Notes: generated by a model not told the origin, from the sequence alone. A stretch of DNA of 64,000 nucleotides from Bryobacterales bacterium (GCA_963723015.1 CAVRPF010000027.1:184073-248072); one strand, 5' to 3'. Shown: positions 51,386 through 63,667, numbered from the stretch's first letter. Numbers and translations: made by a program.

Positions 51386-53041
51386 TTACCAGGTGATCCG
51401 GACGAGCGATAGCGCCTGGCGCGGTAGATCGAATGCGAGTTCGAGCTGCCGATTCGCGGTAGCCCGCCATGCGGGGGAAGTCAGCAGTTGCAGTTGACCG
51501 GCGGCTTCGAGCGCGGCATATTGTTCGGCCGTGGGGTGCTGCGGCGACCCCATCCGTTGCCAGGCTGTGTAGGCGTTGCTGTGGGTCTGATCGATGCGGT
51601 AATGCTCCACCAGCGCATGCGCGGCGGGCACGCCGGTGATGGCCAGATGTACCGGCGAAGCGGGCGCGGGCACATCGTCGTCGTGATAATTCCAGACCAG
51701 AATGGATATTTCGCGCTCGGCGCGGGTGGCGATGCCATCGACCTCCGGCGCTTCATGTATGCCGTTCTGCAGCACGGCATCGAGAGGAATGGCGCCGGCG
51801 CTCTGCAGATCCACGCGGTCGCCGCGCAACAGGCCTGCCATGCGAAACAGATTCAGAATGGGCTTATCGATTCCATTGGTGGCCAGCGTGCGGTAGCCCT
51901 CGAAATACGGTTGGCCCTCGAATTCAAATGCCCACGTCAGCATGCCGGCGATATCGGCGTGGTAGCGGTCCGAGAGTTGCAGAATCCCAGCCATGGCGGC
52001 GGCGGCGTAACTGGGATACAGCGTTGTGTTGCGGTAGCCGTTTTCAGGATGCTCGCTGGCGACGCAAGCGGCGCAGCCTTCGGGATCGGATTCGCTCAGT
52101 ACGATGGGCAGTGAACGGAACTGGGGATAATCTTTGATGATTTCCAGACCGCGCTGCACGTTGAGGAGTTGGTTGCGCAGGCCCATGCGGACATGGCCTT
52201 CGACAATCCGCGGCGCGCCTTTGGCGTGATAGCTAATGAAATCGAGCGGCGCGCCGGTCTTGCCGGTGACGGCGTTGGTTCCGTGGGCGCAGTGTTCGAG
52301 GAATTGCTTGAGATACGCCGCCGATTTCGATGCGGCGGGGCCAGGGCCGGTGGTACCGGGGCCGCCTACGCGCGCGGTGGGCAGAGCGCGCTTGACGGCG
52401 TCGGCGGTATAGTCGTAAAGCTTGTCGTACTCTTCCGGCGTGCCGCGCCAGTAGAAGATGTCAGGCTCATTCCAGAGCTCCCACGACCACTGTTCCACTT
52501 CGGACTTGCCGTAGCGCTCGACAGAGTGCAACACCCAGCGATGCACCAACTCGGCCCACGCCGCATAGTCCTTAGGCGGCTCGGCCCAGCCTTTGCCATC
52601 GTCCGGCTTAGGCCAGTGGCGCGTATACGGCTCGGGCGCGCGCGAGAGGGCTTCGGGCATGAAGCCAATCTCAACAAACGGACGCGCGTTGGCCTGCATG
52701 TAGGTGTCGAAAATGCGGTCGATGATAGTCCAATCGTAGACGGGCTGGCCCATGGAATCGAGGGTATAGGCGTTGGTCGAGCCCCATTTCATGGCTGGCA
52801 CGCCATCGCCGGTCACCAGCAGATGATGCGCGCGGATTTGGGCGCGGACTGGACTGAGTGCGCCCAATTCGGAGATCAGCTTCTTGCCGTCGGCGGTATA
52901 AGTGTAGTTGGGTTCGTCATAGCCGAAGTAATCGTAAAGAGGGTGGAACGGGCCGTGGGAAGCGGCGGCGTTGACGCGGATCTCAACCGGTTGGGTGTGC
53001 GCCCAGGCTGCGCAGAGGCAGAGACATGCAAGCGTTTTCAC
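51386..53041 (-). CDS. GH39-like glycoside hydrolase (beta-xylosidase-like), secreted
   Basis: GTG start gives the signal peptide VKTLACLCLCAAWA. WSWELWNEPD (acid/base NEP) and ISYHAKG are present. Confidence 0.6.
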   Translation of the reverse strand: MKTLACLCLCAAWAHTQPVEIRVNAAASHGPFHPLYDYFGYDEPNYTYTADGKKLISELGALSPVRAQIRAHHLLVTGDGVPAMKWGSTNAYTLDSMGQPVYDWTIIDRIFDTYMQANARPFVEIGFMPEALSRAPEPYTRHWPKPDDGKGWAEPPKDYAAWAELVHRWVLHSVERYGKSEVEQWSWELWNEPDIFYWRGTPEEYDKLYDYTADAVKRALPTARVGGPGTTGPGPAASKSAAYLKQFLEHCAHGTNAVTGKTGAPLDFISYHAKGAPRIVEGHVRMGLRNQLLNVQRGLEIIKDYPQFRSLPIVLSESDPEGCAACVASEHPENGYRNTTLYPSYAAAAMAGILQLSDRYHADIAGMLTWAFEFEGQPYFEGYRTLATNGIDKPILNLFRMAGLLRGDRVDLQSAGAIPLDAVLQNGIHEAPEVDGIATRAEREISILVWNYHDDDVPAPASPVHLAITGVPAAHALVEHYRIDQTHSNAYTAWQRMGSPQHPTAEQYAALEAAGQLQLLTSPAWRATANRQLELAFDLPRQALSLVRITW

Positions 53042-53066
53042 GGCATTCGTAGTATATATCAGGGAG

Positions 53067-54395
53067 ATGAGACGGATTTTGTTTCTTGGAATCGCCTGCA
53101 GCGTCGCAGCGACGTCGCTGATGGGTTGGCAGGCGGAAGGGCCTGCCCAACGTCCGCCGATGGGCTGGAACAGTTGGGACGCGTACGGGACCACGGTGAC
53201 TGAAGCCGAGGTGAAAGCCAATGCCGATTACATGGCTGGGCACTTGAAGAGCCATGGATGGCAATACATCGTGGTGGACATTCAATGGTCGGACCCGGGT
53301 GCGCGGGCCCATGGGTATCGGCCGGATGCGGAACTGGCGATGGATGGCTTCGGGCGGCTAATTCCGGCGGAAAACCGGTTCCCATCGTCCGCCAAGGGCG
53401 CCGGATTCAGGCCGCTGGCGGATTACATTCACGGCAAGGGATTGAAGTTCGGCATCCACATTATGCGCGGCATTCCGCGCCGGGCAGTAGCGGCGAACCT
53501 GCCAGTGCAGGGGAGCGCGGCGCACGCGGCGGAGATCGCCGACATGACGTCCACCTGTAAGTGGAACTCGGACATGTATGGGCTGGACATGAGCAAGCTG
53601 GGCGCGCAGGCTTACTACGATTCGGTTGTGCGGCTCTACGCAGGCTGGGGCGTGGATTACATCAAAGCGGATGATATGGCGGCGCCGTTCCACGGCGAAG
53701 AGATCGCGGCATTGCACCAGGCGATAGTGAAGTCGGGACGCGGTATCGTGCTCAGCCTGTCGCCGGGGCCCGCGGATCTTTCGAAAGCCGATTTCTACGC
53801 CGCTAACGCGAATCTCTGGAGAATGGGCAACGATCTATGGGACCGATGGGCGGACGTGCGGCGCGAGTTCGACCTGATCGACAAATGGAGCGCCTACGCG
53901 CGTCCGGGCGCATGGCCGGACGCCGACATGCTGCCGCTGGGCCGCATCGGCATCCGCGCCGAACGCGGCGACGACCGCCAGACGCGGCTCACTCCGGACG
54001 AGCAGCGCACGCTGATGACACTTTGGACCATAGCGCGCCAGCCACTAATGTTCGGCGGCGATTTGCCCAGCCTGGATGAGCCAACGCTGGCGCTGATTAC
54101 CAACGATGAAGTGTTGGAGGCGGATCAAAGGGCGACCGCCAGCCGCAAGCTTTACGAACGCGGAGAGCAGATCGCGTGGACGTCCACGGCCGAGAGGCCG
54201 GCCGGCCGGTACGTGGCGGTGTTTCACGTGGGCGACGGGGCGCCGGCTACGATGCGCGTTGAATGGAAAGACCTAGGATTGAGCGGCCCACACGCAACGC
54301 GCGACTTATGGGAGCGGCGCGAGCTGGGCCGCGTGGATGATGCGCTGGTGGTTACCCTGCCACCGCACGCAGCGGGGATGTATCTGATTCGGTGA
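53067..54395 (+). CDS. GH27-like alpha-galactosidase, secreted
   Basis: [15 protein letters not shown] signal peptide, [27 protein letters not shown] and VDYIKADD. Confidence 0.7.
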   Translation: MRRILFLGIACSVAATSLMGWQAEGPAQRPPMGWNSWDAYGTTVTEAEVKANADYMAGHLKSHGWQYIVVDIQWSDPGARAHGYRPDAELAMDGFGRLIPAENRFPSSAKGAGFRPLADYIHGKGLKFGIHIMRGIPRRAVAANLPVQGSAAHAAEIADMTSTCKWNSDMYGLDMSKLGAQAYYDSVVRLYAGWGVDYIKADDMAAPFHGEEIAALHQAIVKSGRGIVLSLSPGPADLSKADFYAANANLWRMGNDLWDRWADVRREFDLIDKWSAYARPGAWPDADMLPLGRIGIRAERGDDRQTRLTPDEQRTLMTLWTIARQPLMFGGDLPSLDEPTLALITNDEVLEADQRATASRKLYERGEQIAWTSTAERPAGRYVAVFHVGDGAPATMRVEWKDLGLSGPHATRDLWERRELGRVDDALVVTLPPHAAGMYLIR

Positions 54396-56490
54396 GCGGA
54401 GCTTCGACGGGTGCGGCTTCGACGAGCGGGGCGAGCCACTTTTCGAGCATGGCATCGACCGAAGCGGCGCTGAGCGGTTTCATCAGGTGATCGGCCATGC
54501 CCGCGTGCAGACACGCCTGGCGATCCTGGTGCATGGCGCGCGCGGTGACGGCGATGATGCCCGGGGCCCTATCCCCCAGGGCTGAGCGCACGCGGCGGGT
54601 GGCTTCGAAGCCGTCCATCTCCGGCATCTCGCAATCCATCAGAATCAAGGCATAGCTGGACGCCAACGCGAGTTCCACGGCCTGTTTGCCATTGGAAGCG
54701 ACATCGGCGATGCAACCGCGGCGCTCCAGGATGCGACGCAGCAGTTTCCGATTAGTTACGTTGTCCTCGGCGATGAGTATCCGCGCGCCTGGGAAGTTCC
54801 GCAGCGCGGGCGCGGCGGCCGGTGCGGCGGCGTTTACGGCGGCTACGGTAGGTACGGTGGGAGTGAGCGGAAGGTCGAAATAGAATCGCGAACCCGCGCC
54901 TTCGACGCTGGCAAGTCCGATCACGCCGCCCATCAGCTCGACGAGTTGTTTGGAGATCGCCAGACCGAGGCCGGTACCGCCATACTTGCGGGTGGTGGAA
55001 GCGTCGGCCTGCGTGAACTTTTGGAATAAGGCAGCTTGGGCGCCGGCGGGGATGCCGATTCCGGTATCTTCCACGGTGAAACGGATGAACGATTCCGTAG
55101 CGAGCTCGACCGAAACTGTGACCCGCCCTTGGGCGGTGAACTTGACCGCATTAGCCGTCAAATTAAGCAACACCTGGCGGACGCGCACGGCATCGCCGAT
55201 GTAGTGGCTCCGAATACCGGGCGCGACGAACACGTTAAATCCGATACCCTGCTGTTTGGCGCGGGGGGCCAGCAGCACGGTCACATTATCCAACAATTCC
55301 GCGAGATCGAAGGGCTCCGGATGGATCTCCAGGCGGCCCGATTCGATCTTAGAGACATCGAGGATATCGTTGAGGATCTCAAGCAGCGCGCGCGCGGAAC
55401 TGAGAATGGTTTCCCCGTACTCGGCCTGCTCGCTATTCAGCGGAGTATCGAGGAGCAGTTCGCAAGTCCCCATGATGCCATTCATGGGTGTGCGGATCTC
55501 ATGACTCATGTTGGCGAGGAACTCGGACTTGACGGCGGCGGCGCGGTTAGCGCTGGCCGCGGACTCTTCGGCGCGGCGGCGGGTGGCGTGCAGACGCCGG
55601 TTCTGCCATCCAACCACGGCGGCGATCATAACCACAAGGAAGAAGGCAACCGCGAGGAGAATGCTGCGGCGCCTGGCGTCCTGAATCAGATCGATGGTAA
55701 GGGTATCGTCGGTGGATTGCTTGACCCAGGCAAAGTAGGCGCTGGAGATTGTCCCATCGCCGGAAAGTTTACTGAGCTCGTCGCGGAGCGCCTCGGCGGC
55801 CCATCGCGCGTCCGGATTTCGCAGACTGGCGCCGATGCCGAAATGGACGACGGCATCTCCCATTCCTAGATAGCGAAAGCTTTTGCCCTGGCACGCAGCC
55901 GGCAAGTCTACGACTACGGAACGGCCGGCCCGTTCGGAAACGAAGGCCGCATCCGCTTGCCCCGAGCACACGGCAGCCGTGGCGTCACCAACACTGTTCC
56001 GGCGGAGGATGCGGACACCGGGTAACGATTCGCGCGCGATGGTCTCCGCCGTTCCGGGATAGCGCAAGGCGAGGAGCCGTCCGGCGATCTGGCTTTGCCG
56101 GTGGACGTCGCTCCCGGCGTCCACTAAGAGCCAGAATCGCTGGGTAGCCCAGGGTTTGCTGATAAAGAAGCGGCCGGCGCGATCGCGCAAATTGCCGAAG
56201 ATGGGCCAGAGATCCACGGCGCCGCTCGACATGGCGGCCTCGGGGCCATTGCGCATATGGATCCACTGCAGGTGGATGTTACGGCGGCGGGCCGCTTCCT
56301 GAACCACCTCAATAGCGGGCCCGATGGGCGTTTCGCCGGGACCGACGCCCTGATCGGGCATGCTCTGCTCGAAGCCGATGCGAAAGGTGCGGCCGGAGGG
56401 ATCGTGCCTGCGATGCTCCACCAACAGCGCTATTAGCACGGCGACGGCAGTGATCGTGAGAACTCGGAGGGCGCGGCGGAGGCTCGGCAA
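54352..56490 (-). CDS. Hybrid sensor histidine kinase/response regulator with periplasmic solute-binding-like sensor domain
   Basis: [18 protein letters not shown] (H-box), [27 protein letters not shown], and the REC domain ILIAEDN...[13 protein letters not shown]. Confidence 0.85.
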   Translation of the reverse strand: MPSLRRALRVLTITAVAVLIALLVEHRRHDPSGRTFRIGFEQSMPDQGVGPGETPIGPAIEVVQEAARRRNIHLQWIHMRNGPEAAMSSGAVDLWPIFGNLRDRAGRFFISKPWATQRFWLLVDAGSDVHRQSQIAGRLLALRYPGTAETIARESLPGVRILRRNSVGDATAAVCSGQADAAFVSERAGRSVVVDLPAACQGKSFRYLGMGDAVVHFGIGASLRNPDARWAAEALRDELSKLSGDGTISSAYFAWVKQSTDDTLTIDLIQDARRRSILLAVAFFLVVMIAAVVGWQNRRLHATRRRAEESAASANRAAAVKSEFLANMSHEIRTPMNGIMGTCELLLDTPLNSEQAEYGETILSSARALLEILNDILDVSKIESGRLEIHPEPFDLAELLDNVTVLLAPRAKQQGIGFNVFVAPGIRSHYIGDAVRVRQVLLNLTANAVKFTAQGRVTVSVELATESFIRFTVEDTGIGIPAGAQAALFQKFTQADASTTRKYGGTGLGLAISKQLVELMGGVIGLASVEGAGSRFYFDLPLTPTVPTVAAVNAAAPAAAPALRNFPGARILIAEDNVTNRKLLRRILERRGCIADVASNGKQAVELALASSYALILMDCEMPEMDGFEATRRVRSALGDRAPGIIAVTARAMHQDRQACLHAGMADHLMKPLSAASVDAMLEKWLAPLVEAAPVEAPLTESDTSPLRAVAG

Positions 56491-56704
56491 AATACGTCAC
56501 ATCCCGATCAGACATATCGGCGGAATGGAAAGAAGCTTTAAAGGACAGACGACATGGCGCAAGCCGTTCCGCAAGAGCCGAATGGTTTTCGTCACTCGCG
56601 GGAGGCGGATTACCAATCCGCCGGACCCAGAGGGTACCCCTGCCATCCTGCCCCACATAAGGTCGCGGCACGCGAACAAACATGTAGTACAAAAAGTCGG
56701 GCGG

Positions 56705-57031
56705 CTAGGCGGGTTCGATCTCCGCCGACATCGATCCTTTGGACCGCGGCAGACGCCAGTCGGGTCCATAGGCGTGGATCTGGTCGCGCGCGAACTCCGC
56801 GGCGGCGAGATCGCAACGCATTACTACGGTGCGCCCGCAACGGTCCACTTCTTCGGCGTGTTGATACGCTTCGTCCAGGCTGTGGATGAAGATTTTCTGC
56901 AGCATCTCAATCACATAGTCGTAAGTGTGATCGTTATCGTCCAGCAAAACGACGCTGTACAGAGGAACCTGATCGATGCGTTCCGCCGTTTCGGTCCCGG
57001 GTAAGATGAGAGGTCTCGCCATACCTTCCAA
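56705..57031 (-). CDS. clpS: ATP-dependent Clp protease adaptor ClpS
   Basis: PLYSVVLLDDNDHTYDYVIEMLQKIF...EAYQHAEEVD..GRTVV. Confidence 0.85.
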   Translation of the reverse strand: MEGMARPLILPGTETAERIDQVPLYSVVLLDDNDHTYDYVIEMLQKIFIHSLDEAYQHAEEVDRCGRTVVMRCDLAAAEFARDQIHAYGPDWRLPRSKGSMSAEIEPA

Positions 57032-57066
57032 GGTCTAGTATATGTCACTGTCGTAAACTACTGTCT

Positions 57067-58865
57067 ATGAATAATACGGCAGTGGCCCTCCCGCCGGGAT
57101 TAATAGAGTTAGGGGCAGGTCCGGTGGACGATTTCATGCGCGCCGCCCTGGCCCGGCAATTGGCTACCGCGCAAGCGCCAGGCGTCACCTGGTTCGCGCA
57201 ATCGCTCTGCCGGGCCGGCGATGCTTTGTTCATCGCATTTGAAGAGAACGGCGCGCCGTTGCTGCTGCAATACGGCGGAGCGGCCGGCGCGTGCGGTTTG
57301 ACCAATGCCAGCGAACGCGCGTGCAACGGCGCCGCGGTCTACATCTATCCCTTTGCCGCCGATGATCGCCAGAACGTGGATTCGTTCGCCGAACGCATCG
57401 ACCGCACGGTATTACCCCGTCCGCAGCGCGACCGACCGGCCATCGCGTGCGGCAACCGCCACCCCGAGATCAGCTTGCCCGCTGTATTCGATGGGTTCCG
57501 CGAAATCCTGCGGGATACCGGAATGAATCTCGCCAGCACGGTGCAGCTTTCGGCTACGCGGGAGATGACGACCGACGAGGAAATCGCGCGCCGCGACGGG
57601 TCGAGCCCAACCGCCGCCGGACACACTCGCGTGAGCATCCGCCATCTGTATCACGCCGGTTTGTGGGCCGCCATTCGCGCGGGATACCGGTATGGTTATA
57701 CCGCCGAGGCCGATCACTTCATCGTCAGCGGCGCCAACGACTCTGAAATCGCAAAATCGGTGCAGTGGGTCAAGGAGGCGATCCGCCATGCCGCCGGGTA
57801 TACCAAATTCACAACCGACACCTCGCGCGTATTCGATCTGCGCGCCGATACGCGCCATCCGCGGCCGCTGTCCGAATGGCGCAGATCGACGAGCTATTCG
57901 AGCAGCGCCTCACGCCCGAAGAGCGGGCCTGGGTACACGCGGCATTCTCAAAACCGTTCGATTGCGAAACCGCGTCGTACCGGTTTGACGCCGCCGAGAT
58001 CAAGCGCATGGCGGTCAAATTCGCATCGAGCCTTAAGCTTAATGAGGAGCTGTTCGATTCTATTCTGGAGGCGCGGCACGGCGCCGCATTTGATTTCGAG
58101 CCATCGCTCGACGAAGCCGACACTCTGACCAGCGCGAAGGAATTAGTCTTCTATATGCACTGGCTCAAGGAGCGCGGCCGGCCGGCGCAACTCGTGCCGC
58201 CGAATCTGGGATTCAAAAAGCGGCAGGCGTATCCGGAATCGCGGGCCGCGCTGGAGAACTATTCTCATCACAAGATGTGGCCGGAAGTGATGCCCCGCGT
58301 GGATGGCGAATTCGGTGGCAATCCCATTCCCGAGCTAAAGGACCGGGTGCGCGAACTCGCCGACGTAGCCCGATTCTTCGACGGCACGCTCAGCATCCAT
58401 TCCGGAAGCGGCAAGCAGCCCGAGGTGCTGCGCTCCATCGGCTCGGCCACGCGCGGACGGCTGAATTATAAGATTTCGGGCGAGCTGCAGCTCCAGCTTT
58501 TCGATGTGCTCTCCGAAGCCCGCGAAGGGTCGCCCGAGCGGCGGCTTTACGATCGCATGGTGGAGGCCTGCGAGCGTTTTGCCGCGCAAGGCGCGTTCGG
58601 CGAAGAGAGCGCGTTGGCCGCGCAATACCGGGCATCGGGTCACGGCTCGTATTTAGGCGATGCCGCCAGCGGCCGGGTGGATGGCAACCTGTTCCTGGTT
58701 TTCTGGCTCGGCAACATGGTGGGCTGCAGAGACGAGGACGGCAGATTCTTCAAGGAAAAAATCGACGAGCTGCCGCGCACAATCGTCGAGGAGACTCAGC
58801 GACGGAACAAAGAGTATGTCAAATGGCTTGCGAGTCACTTATTCGCGCAATACCCGCCAGAGTAG
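57067..58865 (+). CDS. Tagaturonate/fructuronate epimerase (UxaE)-family protein; 1 frameshift (~57870)
   Basis: GYTAEADHF, FDFEPSLDEADTLTS and LSIHSGSGKQ resemble remembered UxaE blocks (ADADH, FDFEVSVDETETPTS, ISLHSGSDKF). Confidence 0.5.
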
Positions 58866-58891
58866 TTTAGTCGAAGCGATATACTGCACTT

Positions 58892-60604
58892 ATGCTTCTG
58901 GCGGCAGCGCTGATACAGATGGCGATGTGGCTGGGTTGGCAGGCGGAAGCGCCGGCGCAAGCGCCTGCCCGACAAAGCTCCGGGCAGCCTTACGACGTGG
59001 TGGTGCGCCATGGCCGCATCATCGACGGCACGGGCTCGCCCTGGTATGCGGGAGACGTTGGGATTCGCGGCGGGAAGATCGCGGGTATCGGGCATTTGGA
59101 AGGCGCACCAGCACGGCGAAGCATCGACGCGCATGGGATGGTGGTGGCGCCCGGCTTTATCGACATGCTGGGTCAATCGGAACTTACCATCCTGGTGGAT
59201 CCGCGGCTGCCATCGAAGATTTATCAGGGCATCACCACCGAGATTACGGGCGAAGGTGGATCGGTCGCGCCGTTGAACGAAGCCATCATCAAGGCCGACC
59301 ATGTCACCTACGAGCACTTCGGCATTAAGCCCACCTGGCGCACGCTGAGCGAATACTTCGCGCGCCTGCGCCAACAAGGGATGGGTATCAACCTGGCGAC
59401 TTACGCCGGGGCTACGCAGATTCGCCGAGCCGTTTTAGGAGACGGCGATCGCGCGCCCAACGCGGCGGAATTAGAGCGCATGAAAGCAATTGTTCGCGAG
59501 GAGATGCGCGATGGCGCCATGGGCGTTTCCACGTCATTGCAATACGCGCCGGCGCCATACGCGAAAACCGAAGAGCTGATCGCGCTGGCTACGGAGGCGG
59601 CGAAATATGGCGGCATATACGCATCGCACATCCGCGACGAGGGCAACGGGATCGCGAGCGCGTTGGATGAGGCGTTTCGAATCGGGCGTGAAGCTGGAAT
59701 TCCGGTTGAGATCTGGCACCTGAAGGCCGCGGGAAAATCGAACTGGGGCCGAATGCCCGAGATCGTCGCCAAAATCGATGCGGCGCGAAAATCCGGCGTC
59801 GATGTGGCCGCCGACACGTATGCGTATACGGCTTCGTTCAATTCATTGAGCGCCGCGATTCCGCCTTGGGCGCACGATGGCGGCGACCGCAAACTGATCG
59901 AGCGGCTGAAAGACCCGGCCATGCGCGCGCGCATTCGGAAGGAAATGGAGACGCCGGGCGGCGATTGGAACAACGAATGGCAGGAAGTGCCGGGGCCGGA
60001 GGCGATTCAACTCTGCGCCGTACAGAACCCAAAACTCGCGCCGCTGCAAGGCAAGACGATCGCAGAGATCGCGAAGCTGTGGAACAAAGATCCGATCGAT
60101 ACTGTTTTCGACATACTGATCGAAGACGAAGCCTTCACTGAGGTGGCGATGTTTGCCATGTCCGAGCCGGACGTGACGCTGGCGCTGCAGCAGCCGTGGG
60201 TGTCCATCTGCAACGATTCGCAAGGGACCTCGCCCGAAGGCCGCCTGGGCAAGGAGCATCCGCATCCACGCGCCTATGGAACGTTTCCGCGCATTCTGCG
60301 CAAGTACGTGCGCGAAGAACATAAGCTGACACTCGAGGATGCGATTCGAAAATTTACAGCGCTGCCCGCGGGACGGATGCGGATCGCGGACCGCGGCGTT
60401 CTGAAAGCGGGGATGTGGGCGGACCTGGTAGTATTCGATCCGGAGAGCATTCGCGATCTGGCGACGTTTGAAAAGCCGAATCAGTTATCCGAGGGAATGA
60501 GGTTCGTACTGGTGAATGGCGTCCCGGTGATTGAGGAAGGCAAGATGACCGGTAAGTTGCCTGGGAGAGTGATCCTTGGGCGTGGAGCTTCGGCGGGCCA
60601 ATAA
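58892..60604 (+). CDS. N-acyl-D-amino-acid deacylase (D-aminoacylase) family amidohydrolase
   Basis: YDVVVRHGRIIDGTGSPWYAGDVGIRGGKIAGIG...APGFIDMLGQSE, SHIRDEG and WVSICNDS. Intact. Confidence 0.75.
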   Translation: MLLAAALIQMAMWLGWQAEAPAQAPARQSSGQPYDVVVRHGRIIDGTGSPWYAGDVGIRGGKIAGIGHLEGAPARRSIDAHGMVVAPGFIDMLGQSELTILVDPRLPSKIYQGITTEITGEGGSVAPLNEAIIKADHVTYEHFGIKPTWRTLSEYFARLRQQGMGINLATYAGATQIRRAVLGDGDRAPNAAELERMKAIVREEMRDGAMGVSTSLQYAPAPYAKTEELIALATEAAKYGGIYASHIRDEGNGIASALDEAFRIGREAGIPVEIWHLKAAGKSNWGRMPEIVAKIDAARKSGVDVAADTYAYTASFNSLSAAIPPWAHDGGDRKLIERLKDPAMRARIRKEMETPGGDWNNEWQEVPGPEAIQLCAVQNPKLAPLQGKTIAEIAKLWNKDPIDTVFDILIEDEAFTEVAMFAMSEPDVTLALQQPWVSICNDSQGTSPEGRLGKEHPHPRAYGTFPRILRKYVREEHKLTLEDAIRKFTALPAGRMRIADRGVLKAGMWADLVVFDPESIRDLATFEKPNQLSEGMRFVLVNGVPVIEEGKMTGKLPGRVILGRGASAGQ

Positions 60605-60616
60605 CTGAAGCGAAGT

Positions 60617-61484
60617 TTACCAATCCAACTGAGACGGAAAGTACTCCGCGACTAAGTCTTCATAATACGGATTAGTTCTTTTACGTTCGGACGTTCGGCG
60701 CTCTTGGAATAGAGATCGTAAGGATTGAACTTCCGCACCCATTCGAACATGCGCTCATCCTGGTTGTTCATTAAATGCCGGTAGGCGCCGTGGCGGTGGG
60801 CGGCGTAGAACGAGTGATACCGTAACATATACTGCGCTTCTTCGGGCAGATAACTTCGTGTTACTTGATAGATATACTCATCGTGTCCCCAGGACATGTA
60901 TACTTCGTCGAGACCGCAGCGTTCCTGGTAAATGCCGCAGGGAGTTTGATACTCCGGCACGCGACTATCCGGATTGGCCGCGAAGTATTCCGGATATACA
61001 ATCTCGCGCGACCAGGCGCAGCCCACGGAAATGTATCGCCCACCACCGCCCACTGCGGCTCGCCCTCGAGACAGAGCGTTTTGCCTAAGTCGTGAACGAA
61101 GCCGGCAAGAATGAACCAGCGCGGATGGCCATCGTGCCGGATGGCCTCAGCGGTCTGCATCAGGTGCTCGATTTGGGAAAGGTCCGTGTCGGGATCGCTG
61201 TCGTCCACCAGCGTGTTCAGGTAATCGGCGGCTTCCCAAATGCTCCTTTTGGCGCGGCGAGGGGGTAGATACTGTGCGCGCTTCGCTAACACGAAATCCA
61301 GCGTCTGGTGGGCGTGATTCTGGCGATAGAACTCGGCCACGCCGGGATTCGACTCCTCGGAATAGTTGCGAAACTCATCCTGCGATTTGCCCTGACGGTA
61401 GCGGGAGGCGACGAAATCGTCCCACTCGTCGAGATTTTGCAATGGACCGGGATTGGCGGTTCTGGCGATCATAAGCGGCCTCAC
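60617..61484 (-). CDS. myo-Inositol oxygenase; 2 frameshifts (~61040, ~60675)
   Basis: [15 protein letters not shown] and RYHSFY. The true C-terminus [17 protein letters not shown] lies in a shifted frame. Confidence 0.8.
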
Positions 61485-61538
61485 TGATTAATGATCGCAC
61501 AGCCGGCGTGGCGAATCACAGGTGTATCATGAGTACGT

Positions 61539-62091
61539 ATGAGCGCGACCACCGGCCTGATGACGTTTAAGGATTTCGTGCGAATGCCCGAGCCCGATGA
61601 ACCTGTCAAGCAGGAACTTCTGGACGGAGAATTGATCGAAATGCCGCCTGCTTTTCTAGACCACATGGACATTGCTCATGAACTGTTCCTGATACTGGTG
61701 CAGACGGTAAAGACCGATTGAATCGCTCCAGCCGGCATCTGGGCAGAGCGTACATCGAGACCGGCTACAAAATTGGTCCGAATACCTGGTTGATACCGGA
61801 TGTGAGCATCACACACGCCAATCAGGCTCGCGGCAAATATCTGGAGGGCGCTCCCGCTCTGGCAGTGGAAATCATCAGCGAATCAAACCGGGCGGAAGAT
61901 ATGGACCATAAAGTGAAAAAGTATCTCGCCAATGGCGGAACGTCGAAGTCTGGGTGGTCTACCCGAAGACGCAATGCGTCTGGGTTTTCCGCCAAGGACA
62001 CGGCGAGGAATTTCGCGGCGAGCTGCGGTCCGAGATCATTCCGGGGCTGAAGATCGATCTGAATCGGCTGTTTACACCGCGTCCAGCTTGA
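61539..62091 (+). CDS. Uma2-family (DUF820) PD-(D/E)xK endonuclease; 2 frameshifts (~61720, ~61940)
   Basis: ELLDGELIEMPP, LIPDVSIT, ALAVEIISESN and YLANGG|VEVWVVYPK. Confidence 0.7.
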
Positions 62092-62415
62092 AGATCCGTT
62101 CCATCCGAATCCACTTCTCGCCCGGCTTGGCTTGCGGCAGCGGGCGCTGAAACTTCCACATCAGCCGCTCCCACTCCTGCACTTTGGGGTTGTCGCGGTC
62201 GGCTGCGGACTTTCGCCTCAAACGAAAACCGCTCGTTCACTTCCATAATCATGAACAGCGCGTGTCCCAAGAAGATATATCTCCATATCTTCGATGCCGG
62301 AGTCGCGGATGCTCTGAGTGATCTCCGGCCAGACACGCTCGTGATAGCGCCGGTACTCGGCGATCAGTCGCGGGTCGTCTTGTAAGTCGAGCGTGAGACA
62401 GTAGCGCCGGTTCAT
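62072..62415 (-). CDS. rhaM: L-rhamnose mutarotase family protein; 2 frameshifts (~62265, ~62200)
   Basis: MNRRYCLTLDLQDDPRLIAEYRRYHERVWPEI...IEDMEIYLLG | HALFMIMEVNERFSFEAK | ..NPKVQEWERLMWKFQRPLPQAKPGEKWIRMERIFKLDAV. Confidence 0.75.
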
Positions 62416-63667
62416 GCGATTTCAGTCACCGGACGAGATCCCTTGGCGGCGAAGTACCAGATATAGAGATAGCAGAACAACGGCACGGCAAACGCCGTCC
62501 GGATGCTGGTCAGATCCGAGACATAGCCCATGAGCGCCGGGAAAACCGCGCCGCCGATAATGGCCATCACCAGCAGCGAGGAACCGAGTTTGGTATACGG
62601 CCCGAGGCCCTTGATGCCGAGCGCGAAAATGGTGGGAAACATGATCGAGTGGAAAAATCCGATCATGACCAGACCCCAGATGGGCAGCGTTCCGGAGGCG
62701 ACCAGCGCGAGACACGCGCATAAGAAAGCGCCGCCCGCAAAAGGCTCAGCAGCCGCGAAGGCTGAATGTATTTCATCAGAAACGATCCCGCGAAACGGCC
62801 GATCATGAATCCGATCCAGTGATACTTCAGATAATCGGCCGCAACTTTGTCCGAAGTGCCCGGAGTCAGAAATTCGGCAAAGCGAATGATGAAACTTCCT
62901 ACGCCTACTTGCGCGCCCACATACGCGAATTGCGCGATCACGCCCTTGGCTAAGCTGAGGGTGGCGCAGGGCATCCGATCAGCTTGGGCTGCTCGCCGAC
63001 TTCATCCTTCACCTCGCGTTCGGTGTTTCCGGAAGGCGGGTCAGCAGAATCATCACCGCCACCAGCAGGAACACGCCGGCGATCACCGCGTACGGACCGA
63101 TGACGGTCTTTACTTCTTCCGTGGCCGCCGCGCCGGCCTTGGTGTTGGTGAGAATGAACGCTGCGCCGATATAGGGAGTCACCACCGCGCCTACGGAATT
63201 GAACGACTGCGCCAGGTTGAGCCGGCGCTCCGAGCTTTCCGGCGGCCCGAGAATCGTCACATACGGATTCGCCGCCACTTCCAGAAAACTCTGTCCGCAG
63301 GCCATTACAAAGAGCGCAAACAGAAGAAGCGTATACAGCAGCGAACTCGCCGCGGGGATGAAGAGCAGCGCGCCCGTGGCGCAGATTATGAGACCGGTGA
63401 GAATTCCTTTTTTGTAGCCGATGCGCTCCATCAACCAGCCGGCCGGCAGCGCCGCCAGGAAATAGCCGCCGAAGAAAGCCGCCTGAATCAGCGACGATTG
63501 CAGATCGGTTAGTTGGAACGCCTTCTTAAAATGTGGAATCAGAATGTCATTCAGGTTGACGCCGAATGCCCACAGAAAAAACAGGCTGGTGATCAGGATC
63601 AAGCGGCAGCAGCATACTTACGCTCGGTAAGTGGGACGGCGCGGCCGGCGATTGGTGCGGTTGCCAT
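62412..63667 (-). pseudogene. fucP: L-fucose:H+ symporter permease (MFS), at least 5 frameshifts
   Basis: LFFLWAFGVNLNDILIPHFKKAF, GVIAQFAYVGAQVG and GFFHSIMFPTIFALGIKGLG. Pieces lie in three frames, with junctions near 63605, 62985, 62960, 62935 and 62745. Confidence 0.75.

Noticed and set aside
56604-56622. Perfect 8-bp hairpin GGCGGATT-ACC-AATCCGCC between clpS and the histidine kinase.
   Set aside because: It is short, has no adjoining U-tract on either strand, and is a single occurrence. That is insufficient to call a terminator or regulatory site.
56705-57031. clpS without an adjacent clpA.
   Set aside because: Only one window is visible. clpA may be elsewhere, and the separation is not informative on its own.
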